The notes: generated from the letters alone by a model not told the origin. A stretch of DNA of 64,000 nt from Trichosphaerium sp. ATCC 40318 (GCA_038496445.1 JALMLS010000323.1:62001-126000), one strand, 5' to 3'. Counted from the stretch's first letter, positions 27,171 through 39,500 are shown. Made by a program: numbers and translations.

Positions 27171-27382
27171 AAAAAAAAGAAAGAAAAACAGAAATAAATA
27201 AAAAAATTACAACGCCTTAGTGATATTGTTTCTCCTTGTTCTTTGCGAGCTTCAGAACTAGTAAATGACAACATCAAGGGCTACGCTAGAGCCACTAGAC
27301 GTTGATGTCTTCCTCCCAATATTGTCTGGTTTGATGAATCGTGAAAATGAGTAGTAGTATGAGGTAAAGGATAGGTTCTAAT

Positions 27383-28216
27383 TCAAGATTCCCAAGGATC
27401 CTTCCATCCGTTTTTCTTCTTTTCCAAGTAGTATGTATTAAAAGGAGCTGAACTACATGAATGATCTTCAATAAGAAACACACCTATAACTGCCTTTGAT
27501 ATAGGTGATATACAATGAATAAGGTAACATTTAGTCTCTCCATTATCGTACTTAAGACACGTGAGGTTTTTCAATCCCCACATGTTTTTTTCTGTAACTT
27601 CTTCTAAACTCTTCAACATCTCAGGTTTGTTCACGTGTTCTGAGAAAGCTTTTAAATCTATTTCACTAAACAGATCTATATCCTCTTCATACTTAAAAGT
27701 AAACCTCTTGAACAGGTTCATCAGTGCGTGTTCTTCGTTGTCATCTTCTTTTAAAGATAAATAAAATGGAGTGAACTTTGGTACATCAAGGCAACCATAG
27801 AACGCAAATTCAAAGTCATCTAGATGAGCAGCAAGCGACGTAGCTATCTTCTGGTTATCACATCTTTCCTGCCAGAGTTCTAAATCTCCTTCCACAATCC
27901 AAAGGACTCCGCGCTGTGCCTCAGCACGTATGTCGTATTCACCAGTCGCTGCTACTTCTAAAACTGCCTCATATCCGAGAATTTCGGCATCTTTAATAAA
28001 ATCCCAAATACCGTTGTTGCGAATGAAACCCTTGTCGGTGGCAATGTAAAGAGAGATATACATATGTCTCCAGTACAGCACACGTGACTTGATAAACTGT
28101 TCGTAGAACTTCGAGAGCGCCAAATGCGTATAAACGGATGCCTTGTCAGTGTTGTAATCCAGAATAAGCATTATGATCTCTTTAGGAAGTTGTTTTAATG
28201 TTGCTAGGTGGTCCAT
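27383..28216 (-). CDS. Intronless 277-aa protein with F-box-like N-terminus
   Basis: Single long ORF starting LKQLPKEIIMLILDY. The rest is unrecognised. Confidence 0.65.
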   Translation of the reverse strand: MDHLATLKQLPKEIIMLILDYNTDKASVYTHLALSKFYEQFIKSRVLYWRHMYISLYIATDKGFIRNNGIWDFIKDAEILGYEAVLEVAATGEYDIRAEAQRGVLWIVEGDLELWQERCDNQKIATSLAAHLDDFEFAFYGCLDVPKFTPFYLSLKEDDNEEHALMNLFKRFTFKYEEDIDLFSEIDLKAFSEHVNKPEMLKSLEEVTEKNMWGLKNLTCLKYDNGETKCYLIHCISPISKAVIGVFLIEDHSCSSAPFNTYYLEKKKNGWKDPWES

Positions 28217-28585
28217 TTGTACTCTTTCTCTAGTTTATGGTTTTAAGTCCTTGTATCTCCTAAGAACGTGCTGGAACAAATTGTAGAAAGTCCTCTACAA
28301 ACGCTGTTTGTTGCGTACTACTCCCAGTAACGAACACTGTCGTTGGATCTAAACTGCAATCTGTTTCCTAACCGTCTCAAAGGACTACCCTTTTTGGGGA
28401 CTAGCGATCTCATGTGATCCTTTACTCCCAAAAGATCGTCTCGCTGTTTTCAGCGAGCCATATATTTTGTGAACTTCATCACTATAAAACGCTACAATAT
28501 TTCAACACTGTCTTTGGCTGAGCTGAGCTGAGCTTCGCATGCCCTTAAAATTCTTATGTAAATTAGGAAGCAACCAATGGCAATG

Positions 28586-28638
28586 ACAATGACTTTTTAA
28601 CCGGGTGCTATCTCGTTGAATAGTAGATATAAACAAAT
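28586..28638 (+). promoter_or_regulatory. Conserved upstream element of tRNA dicistron, copy 1
   Basis: ATGACTTTTT..CCGGGTGCTATCTCGTTGAATAGTAGATA..AAC is nearly identical to 52709-52756. Confidence 0.55.
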
Positions 28639-28709
28639 GGGACAATGGTGTAACGGAAGCACATGGCATTGAAGGTGCTGCAGTTCAGGTTCGATTCCTG
28701 GTTGTCCTA
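28639..28709 (+). tRNA. tRNA with GAA anticodon (nominal tRNA-Phe, atypical body), copy 1
   Basis: Acceptor GGGACAA/TTGTCCT, D-stem GTGT/GCAC, anticodon arm TGGCA-TTGAAGG-TGCTG, T-arm TCAGG-TTCGATT-CCTGG, A73. Confidence 0.85.
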
Positions 28710-28717
28710 CATACCTT

Positions 28718-28804
28718 GCAGAGGTGCTCGAATTGGTTAATGAGGTTGTGTTCAAGACACAATGTGATGAAAATCACGTGTGGGTTCGAGTCCCACTCTC
28801 TGCA
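28718..28804 (+). tRNA. tRNA-Leu(CAA)
   Basis: GCAGAGG/TCTCTGC, anticodon arm TTGTG-TTCAAGA-CACAA, long variable arm, GTGGG-TTCGAGT-CCCAC. Confidence 0.93.
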
Positions 28805-28811
28805 TTTTTTT
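28805..28811 (+). terminator. RNA Pol III oligo-T terminator
   Basis: T7 immediately after the tRNA-Leu discriminator base; no T-run between the two tRNAs. Confidence 0.75.
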
Positions 28812-28955
28812 GACATTGTTCAATACAATAAAGTAGACGCCAAACATGCTAAACACTATCGACAAAAGCCTTTTTGAAACTATTTTACAAGCGCCTGCTA
28901 TCTTTTTGTCAAATAAAGTCAATTCTGACTTGGTCTGCCTTTGTACACAACGAAA

Positions 28956-30124
28956 ATGAGCGACAGAGAGAATTCTACAAAACCGCTAGCTTATCCATAC
29001 GTTTTGTGTAGTAGTAGCGTTTTTTGCTTACCACCAGAGATTATGGTTGAAATTCTAGCGCAATTGGGTCTTTGCGACCTTGCTGCGTTTGGTTCCACGT
29101 GTAGACATTGCTGTGAAGTACATTTACTTGTACAATATTCAAAAGTACGCAAAACGTGCTTAATCCGCCATTATTAACTAGGTGGATTAGGTAGCCAATG
29201 ATTACCGTTATACTGCAGTCAAGTTGCCTCATTCATTCCAACACATATCCAGCTGTGGTGTGTTGTCCACAGGGGAGGTACAGTGCTAGTTACGGTTTGT
29301 GCAGCTCATTTTTGGTTCTTCTAGATTGTTGTAGTTGACTATAGTGCACGTTCCCTTTGGCTTATAAATGGTAAAGAAATTGTGAATATTGCAAGAAGTA
29401 GATCACGTGAAAGTATGGAAATAAGCATCATAAAGTTTTTCACATTAATTTTGTTTCTTTTCAGGATTAGCACCTGCATGTTGTGCCATTGCTCCAGATG
29501 ATAGCATAGTTCTCACTGATTGCAATCATTTTATTAAGCGTATTAATCCTGAGAAAACAGAGATAAAAACAATTGCTGGTGTAAAAAATAGTAAGGTAGG
29601 TTCTGGTTGCCTTTGGTTTCCAAGTGGTATTTGTTTTGATGTTGATGGGAATATGTTGATTTGTAATGAGAACAAAAACCAAATCTTAAAGTTATATCCT
29701 TCAGGTGAACTAGAAACTGTACTAGCTGCCAAAGCCAGACTCAATTTATTCAAACTAAAACAAATTGCATGTGATAGATCAAACAAAGTGTACGTACAAG
29801 CCTTTACAATATACATTTCAAACCCACAAACACTCTAGGTATTTTACATGGGATGTATGTATTTATACCTACAAAGGAGATATGATAATAGAAGTATACA
29901 AGCACAAACAAGTAATCTATGGACTTGCTATAGATAGATATGGTGACTTATATTTTGGAGTACAGCGCAGGGCAGGTGTTTTCAAGTTATGTATGAACAA
30001 TCCAAAGAATCTTGCTGTTCGATTGAATATAAAACCGGAGATACCAAGTGTTTCTGCGATGCACTATAGTAATGGCACTTTGTATGTGTGCAGTAAAAGC
30101 GAGGTGCACAAGATAAGATTATAA
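28956..30124 (+). CDS. F-box + NHL/beta-propeller repeat protein
   Basis: LPPEIMVEILAQLGLCDLAAFGSTCR; IKTIAGV, FPSGICFDVDGNMLICNENKNQILKL, IYGLAIDRYGDLYFG. Confidence 0.8.
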
Positions 30125-30364
30125 AACGACAAATTCCGCATTTGTTTCTCTGAATTATAAAGACTTTAGTCAATGTTAGTTTTATTCCCTGTACTTCGCT
30201 CTATCAGCTCGCTAAATATCTGAGTACAGCAGATTAACATTAGGCTAAGTAATTGCGCAAGGTAAAACAAGAATACAAAGCGTTTAGTACAAACAGCAAG
30301 CAGGCTGATCCAACTCCGTTATTGATTAGTTTACAATACATAACACTTACAATTAAAGCATATT

Positions 30365-30826
30365 ATGGCGTCAAACAATGGCACTGCCTTACCACAGCTT
30401 GGTTGGAGGGAAAATGCTTCAATACCTGAATTAGGGATTGATTGTATATCAGCGAAGGTAGATACAGGCGCAAGAACGTCATCTCTTGATATAGATAGTG
30501 TCACTGAGTTTTCAAAGGACGGGAAGCAGATGTTGAAGATTAAATTACGTCCTTGTAAAAAAATCAAGTTTTCTTCAAAACAAGTTGTCGTACCATTGCA
30601 TGATAAGAGGTCTGTGAAGAATTCAGGTGGTATTTCTCAAATTAGATATGTTATAAGCACGTATGTTGTGATTGGAGACAAGAGAACAAAAGCTGAGCTT
30701 ACACTTGCAAAAAGGAAGAATATGATTTTTCCAATGTTGATTGGGCGTACAACACTTTGTGGTAACTATGTTGTAAACCCTTCTCTTTCGTATAATATGG
30801 GTGATCCGAAGAAGTCTTTTGATTGA
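30365..30826 (+). CDS. Intronless RimK-associated 'ATP-dependent zinc protease' family (retropepsin-like DTGA) protein
   Basis: LGWRE..IPELGI..ISAKVDTGARTSSL..RSVKNSGG..RYVI..ELTLAKRKNMIFPMLIGRTTL..VVNPS. Confidence 0.88.
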   Translation: MASNNGTALPQLGWRENASIPELGIDCISAKVDTGARTSSLDIDSVTEFSKDGKQMLKIKLRPCKKIKFSSKQVVVPLHDKRSVKNSGGISQIRYVISTYVVIGDKRTKAELTLAKRKNMIFPMLIGRTTLCGNYVVNPSLSYNMGDPKKSFD

Positions 30827-31101
30827 TAGTATTTTGTATGCGACGTTGTTGGGTGACTGAAGTAAAAAACAATGACAATTTAGTCTAACACAAAGGTGTT
30901 TTTTTGAAGAAATTTGTTTTGTTGAAGTCTTTTTACTGACTCTGTAAAAAGTACTTATTACCGACCTCGCTCGTTTTTACTTGGAACACAATGTTATTGG
31001 ATAGCTTGATTTTGGAGAAGTCGTTCGATGTGGAAATGTGTTTTTTTTTAAATACAGTGGCATGTACAATGTTTCTTTACCTCGATCAAGATAAAATATC
31101 G

Positions 31102-34100
31102 TCACAATGTGGCATTAGGTTCAAGGACGCCTATAAATAAATCATTACGATTCTTTTTGATTCAAAGAGTGATCTATTACCTCCAATCGGATCTATAAAG
31201 TGTAAAAAGAATCTATCCCTACAACAAGCATTCTGTTAGACGCCAAAAACAATAAAAAGTTGCCTCACTAACCTTGAAATCTCTGGAATCTTTATAACCT
31301 TCTCTAAATACATTTGTAACCCCCAACGGCGCGTGTCTATAAATCCTCTTTTGAATTTCCCGATAGCTTTTTTCTTTGGCAAGTGTGGCACGTGAGAAAC
31401 AACGTATGGCTCTTTTTTTAACTTAAAAAAACCAACGATAAGCAAAAAAAAGACTTTAACGAGGATCGTTTTGTACCTGTTTATGTAGATAATTAAACTC
31501 GCTATATCGACGCTCTATATGTAAGCTTGCACAACTGCATGTAAACTCTATGAAGAATACCTTTATTTATGGGTTATGGAGTACAAAAAATAAAAAAGGA
31601 TATAATTTTTTGTTTTACAATGTGCCGCTTCACATGCACGTGCGTTTAGTAATAACGTACGGTGAATTTTTCCTTGTGTTGTTTCACAATACGAGCGCTT
31701 GATATTTGCACTCTTCCTATTTTGTCCGTGCCATCTTTTAATTTTCTCAATAGATCTACAGGAACATCGTCGCTGGGAACTGATTGTTTGAGCATGAAAA
31801 GGTACGAGTTTGTTTTTGTAAGTCAAAATTTGTCTTCACACTTTCTTTCAAATGTGAGCTCAGTGATGGATTGAGTTACTTGTAGTTAAATAGGACATTA
31901 CACTAGCTGTATTTGAAGTAATCATGCTGATAAGAGTTTAGATACTCTTTGAGTACAACATACTTATTATGCATGTTTCAAATCGTTCAAATACTCTACT
32001 TTTTTTCCCTCACAGAAACGCCTTGCGTTTTAATTGGCTTATAAAAACTGTATTTTCAAGGAGCAAAAAAGTAGGATTGAGGTGGCAAGAACTGTATCTT
32101 CTTTCATTTTTTTTTATTAACTCACAACAACGATAAAATCATCGATGAAATAATTGTTCTTCTTTTGCTAATACAGTAGCAAACCATCCATGTGTTTCTT
32201 TTAAACTATTATTCTCCGGAAAAAGCTTACATAATACACGTAAATGAGCGCTCTCAGCACGTAGATTATCAGCAGTGCAATGAGAGTTTACCATCTCTTG
32301 TAAATACTGTTTACCGCTCTTTGAATCCTCACGTAGTAACGCAACGTGTGCTGGCTGAGCATAACGAGAAGGACGAATCTACAAAAAAGTAAAGGACTAC
32401 AACTACGCAAAAGCTTAAATTACCTCTGGTTCCGCTTTAGCTACCTCTAGGCAATCACGTAGTAGCTCATCGCCCTCTTTTTTCTTGTTTGTAACATAAA
32501 GAATAATACCAAGCCAGAACAGTATACGAGACGTTTTCTTACGGCTAACCTTATTCGCTTCTTGAATATCATACCTTGCTTTTGTTTTCTCGCCGATAGC
32601 TAAACACCGAGTAGTCAGTTTACCGCTACGCAGAAAAAGAGAGGAATTCCCAACAAATGTAAGAAGGGAACTACTACGTACTCAAGTGAAGTAAACCACG
32701 CCAAAACAATGAAGTTTCATCAGCACGCATTGTGACTGCTTTATCAAGGTCTTGCATTGATTCTTCGTATTTTTCACGTTCCAGTGTTATAGCCGCACGC
32801 CATACATAATAACCGGCGTTTTGGGGTTGTAGAGATATAGCCTGAGCAAATATAAGTCAAAAATAGAAGAAAAAAAATGCAAGTTAAGAAAAAATCAAGA
32901 ACACGTGTTAAGATATTGAGTGAAAAAACACAAGTTTTTTGTTGACGCGTTCACAATAAGTTACAAGTTGAAGATGTTACTATTGCAAATCGTGTACGGT
33001 ACCTTTGTGAAATCAAGGTATGATTCTTCAAATGCTCCTGCTCCATAAAGCATTACTCCTCTACTTTGGTAATGTGATGGAAATCCTCCATCTTTGTCAA
33101 TCGAAGAGTTGATATCCTTCATCGCGGCTTTGTAATCACGGAAATGCCTGGAGACAAAGTAAATAATTTTTAAAACACCCCGAAAAGTTGTAGTTCCATT
33201 TACCAATAAATAAGAGCCCTATGAAAAAGATTAGATACTTGCTTACATAAATATTTGATTGTGGTTTCTCCAAAAAACAAGAAAAAACATTTTTAAATTT
33301 TGTGTATGCAAAGATGTTTTGTTTTTGTACCTATACGCATGATCTATATTATCTCCAGTCAGGGCAATAGCTTTATTAAAGTCTAACCAAATCAGATACA
33401 CAAAAAAAAGTGCACAACGGAAAAAATTTCTTCTCCTTTCACGTACCTGCCAATGCCTTCTTCATTTCGTTCATCTCACGCAATATTCTGCCTACAATGT
33501 ACAAGTAAGAATTACATTTGTTTAATATACAAATAAACTAAGGCTTTGGTAAGGAGGTACCTCTAAAGTGATAGTACAAAGAGTTTGAAGGCGAACTCTC
33601 GATTGCCTTATTGAAATCAGAAAGTGCCAATTTAGTTCTTCCTACAGGTTCAATTTAGCTTTAAATACATGTAAATAATGCTCATTACCTGTAAAATGAT
33701 ATATACGTCCACGTAAGCAATAACCTACAACTGTCAGTGAGTAAAAAAAATCAAAAACTACAAATGCTTGTTTCGTTTTGTTAAGAAAAATGAACTGTAC
33801 ATTCTGAGTCTTCCGGGGACATAGCCAAAGCAATCTCAACGTATTGAAGAGCTTTTACAAAATTCTCAAGATCCAAGTACAAATAGGACAAGCAAAGATA
33901 GGTATAGAGGGACGGCTTCTACAAAAAAAACATTAAAACTTTTTTTTACTGTTTTTCAAGATAGTACCACTTCCAAGGATTTATAATAGTACTCCATAGC
34001 TAGTTCAGTGTTAGCCTCTTCTTTAGCCCAATTCCCAAGCTGTCTCCACATTGATTCATTATTAGGTTGTGCTTTAATAATTTCGCGTATATCTGCTTCA

Positions 34101-35035
34101 GCGAGCTTTAACAAGAAAAATATTAGCAGTATGATCTTTTTTTGTTTATTTTGGTAGTTTTTTGTTCGTTGACATACCTTCTTTTTATTCATATCGCGGT
34201 AGAGCAAAGCACGTTGGTACAAGAAGTCATATATACGTTTTTTTTCTGTAGTACACCGAAGGGTAAGTACACAAGATTGATCTTTTTGTGGAAAATTGGT
34301 AATTTTTTGGATTTTTTTTTTTTTTGGTAATAGAATCGTACCTCGTTTTTGCTCCTCTATTGTATCATTAAGAGCGCCAAGAGCCATTTCATAATGCTTA
34401 AGTTCTTTGTGTTGTTGATAGTGACTAGTGTAAAAAAAGATCAAAGTTAGCTATGACCAATTTAAACAAGACAGTGAGCGGTTTTGGTCACACCTCTGAC
34501 AAAAAGTGACGTGATTTTTGTTACCGATTATTTTTTTTTTTGGTTGGTTTGCCAAAAAATCACGTTAAAAATTACGCTTACGCTTGTAAATTCGCTTTCC
34601 CTTTCTTTAACAGCTTAAATTTGTTGTGTACTTCTATGTACTTTTCACGCCAATCCGTAAATCTAAAAATCGAATTAACGACAGAGAAATGGACCGGTGG
34701 TATTGTTTATACGCACTTTCCGATACGCCACGTTACGTTATACGCGTTTTTGTATTGCACATGCCATAAACTGCCTGACTTTGTAAGTTGATACCATTGA
34801 ACCGACACAAGCGCAGCGATACCCTCATAGTCACATAAGTAAAGTGGTAGAATAATGAATTGTGTAGTACCAGGTTCTGCGGCGATAAAAACTCAAATAT
34901 CCTCACTACGAGCTCAGGAGGGAGCATCCAAGCCACAGTGGAATTACAACAAGGGCTTGAAGACTCTGGCGTAGGTTTCAACTTACAAAGGCTATTAAAC
35001 TTGTCTTTGAGGTTTCTAATGACAGGTAGAGACAT
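31102..35035 (-). CDS. F-box + TPR repeats + C-terminal PX domain protein (multi-exon)
   Basis: LPPELVVRIFEFLSPQNL; TPRs such as YCLRGRIYHF and HYQSRGVMLYGAGAFEESYLDFTK; PX domain HIERRYSEFNYLHKQ..PHLPKKK..FIDTRRWGLQMYLEKV. Confidence 0.78.
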
Positions 35036-35196
35036 CAGTCACGTAGAAGAGTTTCTTTATCTCGTTTATGTCAAGTGAGTAGCCAAGTGTACGGTCGGGC
35101 TGCGAGTAATGCGTTTGAACGTGTTTGAAACTACTAGTGACGTTAAGCGAGATCGAAGTGGGGCTACATTTACAAGTGAATGCTACAGCGAGGCTA

Positions 35197-35628
35197 ATGG
35201 AGAGACCTCCGTCTCCAGTGTACGGTTTACAAGGGGAAGCATGGCAAAAGCGGTTAATAGTAATTAATGAACAAATTGAAAAGCGCAAAGCAGCCGCAAG
35301 GGAAAAAAATAAGCCTCTGTACCCTTGGAAGAACCCAGATTGGCCTCAAATAAAAAAGAAAAAGAAGGGCAGCAAGCACTGGCCGAAACTTACAAAAATG
35401 CTTAAAGAACGCGGCTCCGAAGGCTATAAAAACTTGTCCGCGCCTCCATCGCTTTTACCCGCGAAAAAGTACTGTGACATAACTGGCTTGGCAGCACCTT
35501 ACACAGATCCTCAAACAAAGCTGAATTACGCAGCCGCAGATATTTTTTATTATATAAGACAAAATTTAAATACTCAGGCTGTACAAGAGCATTTAGATGT
35601 ACGAAAGGCAGGCTCTTTATTGAAGTGA
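35197..35628 (+). CDS. IES6: INO80 complex subunit C / Ies6 (YL1_C domain), intronless
   Basis: YKNLSAPPSLLPAKKYCDITGLAAPYTDPQTKLNY...VQEHLDVRKA. Confidence 0.9.
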   Translation: MERPPSPVYGLQGEAWQKRLIVINEQIEKRKAAAREKNKPLYPWKNPDWPQIKKKKKGSKHWPKLTKMLKERGSEGYKNLSAPPSLLPAKKYCDITGLAAPYTDPQTKLNYAAADIFYYIRQNLNTQAVQEHLDVRKAGSLLK

Positions 35629-35772
35629 TAACGCTGCCATGTCCAAAAGGCGTGACACATGTCATCAAAGGCATTTTGACATCCACACAGGACAAATGTA
35701 ATTTTACAAATGTTTTGACAAGCGTTGAAAATAAAAAATAAAACATTAAAAATAGTGACCCACAACCAACAC

Positions 35773-36567
35773 ATGAGACTTGCATTGCTCCTTATCGCTA
35801 TATTTTGTTTATTCGCGTTTTCGAACTGTGATGACGCTGCTGAACCAGTTGACGACGCAAAACCTCAAGAAACTGACACTAGCGAAACAGAAGCAGTAGA
35901 AGAAGGTAAGTTGTACTGTCTAGACTAAATCGGTGTTATTTTTACTCTCAATTTAGCTGTACCGATTCCAACGGATGCGGAAATAAAGAAAATGCGTGTT
36001 AAACAATTAAAACAATTTATAGCAGAACGTGGCGCTAAATGTGCTGGTACGCTCTTATTTCACCCAATTGCACCCTCTCAAACGGGACAGGATGCGCTGA
36101 AAAATCTCATCTTGTCGCCAAAGCCATCGAAGTAAAAAATGATCCTTTAGTAGCAAAAGAGGAACCAGAGAAACCCAAAACAATGGAAATGGATGGTAAG
36201 AAAGCTTGGTTTCCCTTCTCTCCGGTTTCTTAACACTAGTACAAGATGAGAAGCTCCAAGAGATCTTAGAGGCATTAAAAAAGCAAAACAAGGAGAAAAA
36301 AAGCATGAGAGAACAACTACGTAACGCTGGTATTAATATTGGTGAAGAGAAAGACCAAGTGGACATTGAAGATATAATAAACAAGATGGAGAATAACAAA
36401 GGTAATACCTCCTTATTGGGAGTAGATAACAACTTTGATAACAACGACAAAAACCCATTACAGATCTTCATCTTTTTTCCCTTTGTACTTACAATCTTTG
36501 TTTTATAGCAGCCGAGAAAGATGTTGAAGGAAAGGAAGAAGAAGATGGTGAAAGTGTAGAGCTGTAA
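35773..36567 (+). CDS. Signal-peptide protein with ARMET/MANF C-terminal (SAP-like CxGC) domain
   Basis: MRLALLLIAIFCLFAFSNC; IKKMRVKQLKQFIAERGAKCAGCAEKSHLV; acidic tail ending SVEL*. Confidence 0.75.
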
Positions 36568-39500
36568 TAGAGGATTTTCTTGTTGAATAAATATATTTGC
36601 TTTTTAGTAGGTTTTGTACTTGACTTACAAGCCGATATCAATTTGATAGTAATGGATTGCTACCAGGTAATTAGATGGTCCTGAAAAAGGTACTATCAAG
36701 ACCGAGGAATTCCTAGTCTTACGTGGCGTTAATGCACATTTCATGCTGTATTTCCACTTCTACATGCCGTGCTCTAAAACGCACTGCGCGTAAAAAAAGC
36801 ACCTAAGGTAGCTAAAACTTATTCAATTCATCGTACGTCCAGAGTAAATAAACTCTATCAAATTGATTTAATGATTGTAGGTAACAATCCTAGTGACGTG
36901 TCAAAATGACAGATTTTTTTTTTCTTGTTGTTCTTTTGTGGCGCGTGATCTTAGATACACAGATTAACGTGTGGAACGTTGTGTGTGGTAAAAGTGTATG
37001 CTACTTGGGTGAATGCCTCCTATTGCTTAAATTACCGAAAAAGTATTTTAGTTATGTTGGAATTTACTTGGTTTCACGTACGATGTGGATAAAAAATACA
37101 AACCATGCCGTCGAGAAACGCCAACGGTACTTTCACGAGCAATCAGGTACGTATTGATATCACACATACTGTACCTGTCAAGAGTGCGAAGGGAGTAATA
37201 CAGGCAAGCTTTACAGCGAGATCGACTAGGGAGGTTATTTTTTTGGGCAATTTTTAGCGAAAAGTAGTGTTTGCGCCTATGGCACTGCTCCTTCAGTCTA
37301 GTTTGTGCAGAACTCCGTAGCGTGAATGAGCAGTTCGTTACCTTTTGTTATGTAAGAAACTCATGCGATGCTTGTTGTAGCGATGTGGGGCCTGCAATTC
37401 CGCAAGGTAATTGGTAACGTCTTTTGAATTTCTATGAAGAAAGTTTTGCTGGCCTCCCGCCCACCGTATACCGGCCACATTGCTCTGTACATTGCGTAGA
37501 CACTGTATATAGTCTCGACGGTATCATACCTCTTTAAAGCGCTTACATGATGTACGTAACCTAGCAAGGAATACAACCATTGGTACAACACTAAAAGAAC
37601 TAGAACAGTTTTTTGTTTTTGGGTACAGGAACCAATGGACTGAACCACATAAGCCTGAACAATACACAACCCACCACGGTACACGTTGAGTAGTATAGAA
37701 GTTTTGTAGAGCATACACAATACACTAAACATACTATTGTTTGAGGAAAGTGTATTACAATGAGATTATAGAGATCCATTCAAAAATTTAGCAAAAGCAC
37801 TAAGGTCCGCCGATGGGTTGACGTCATGGATGCTTTAAATCGATAGTTTGAATCTCAGTAGTTAACCAATTATTACGTAAATGTATATAGCGCAATAGAT
37901 ACCACATAGTCCGAAGACTTCCGAAGCAATTCTCACCGTTGAAAGACATTAATGGCAATCTTAAAAAAAAGATCAAGTTTCCATCACTTTAGCAAAAAGC
38001 ACACGTGTATTCCCGGAGCTTTGTTTTGACGAACAAACTTTTAAACGCTCACTACTTAAGTAGTTTCTCACGTCATATTTCCGGAACACATCATAATTAC
38101 CATACAAACGTCAGTGCAGCAGCTAAGTAAATTTTCTGGCAACCAAAGGTTCATAAGCGAGGCTATCCAAAAACATACTTTACTAATGGATTAAAAGGGA
38201 ACTCGGCCTTCAGAAGAAGTTTCGTTGCCCAGTGGATACTATCCACTGGTACCTTTATTGTGTTGTCTACGATCACTCAAATATCTCCCTTTAGAACACA
38301 AAAGGTTCAATGGAACTGTATTGTAAACTAAACGATAGCCTGTCGCTTTTGTGTTGTTCTTACATATTTATTTTAGCAAAAAGGTAATTTGGTAAAGGAT
38401 TTTATACCTCGATATTCTCACGAGCTGCTACTTGGATCAATGGTACTTATAGCAACATTAGAACTGATCTTAATGAAAGTTGACAAAATAGTAGTTCCTT
38501 TATAAGACGAAAATCAAACCGTTCGGAGTCTTGTCAGTATCTAGTGATCTAGGAAAAAACTGGAAAAATGGTTTATTAATTAGGCATCCCCTACCTTTTG
38601 GAAACTTTCTCGTTCGTATCTCTACATTATAGACACTGTAGGATATCTTTCACGTCTTCTATGCGAAACTAGTGACTTTTATCCACAATAATCACGTGCT
38701 GACCATACGACAAACTTTTTTTTTCAAGTAGTTGATTTGAACGCACTCGTGTTGTTAGCTTAAACGCAGATTGTCTATGGAGTGGGAAAAATCCTTGTGT
38801 GGAAATATAAGAGAGGAGGAAACGTGGATTTCTCTTTTCAGAAAAAGTCGAATCAAGACTGGAAGTGACTTTTTTTTTACCCTTCAAGCGAACTCGAGGT
38901 TTTGTTCGCTATCACTAACATGCCCGATATCGCCTTAACACAACGAGCGTAGTGTGTATGTATGTGTACGTATTTTCTAGAGTTAGACAAAACCACAGAA
39001 GGAAAGTTCAACTTTTGTTTTTTTTCAGCAACATTTTGTTCTAGTTTGTGGTTGACCCAAATTTTACTTAAACTGCATTCTACACGCCATACAACTCTTC
39101 TCAATTTTTTTTTTGACCTAATACTGCAAGCGCCTAAAATACGTAAAATCTTATTTGGTATAAACCGAAAAACTATTGTGCGGAGATGGTGTGTAGTATG
39201 CACATGTGTAGTGTTTACTTTTTTATAACTTTAAGTTATGTGTTTTTACTTAAAATCTTTAGTTCTTTAAAAATCAAGTACTGTATTGGGATAATGCCAA
39301 CAAAGCGTCGCAGAGTTAGTAAAAAATCGCCTCCTCTATACAAACAATACTGTACGTTGATAAAAGATGCAACGGTAGGAGCCTACGAGCTTCTTATTTT
39401 TTACATCTTTTTTTTTTGTAAAAAGATACCTCAACGTACTTGTTGCTCCATAAAATCACGTGGGGTAGCTTTTTTTTTTTTTCATGTGAAAGCCACTTGA

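Noticed and set aside
28665-28680. Reading the first tRNA as Gln(TTG) or Ser(TGA)
   Set aside because: Only the register TGGCA-TTGAAGG-TGCTG gives a 5-bp stem with U33, which centres GAA.
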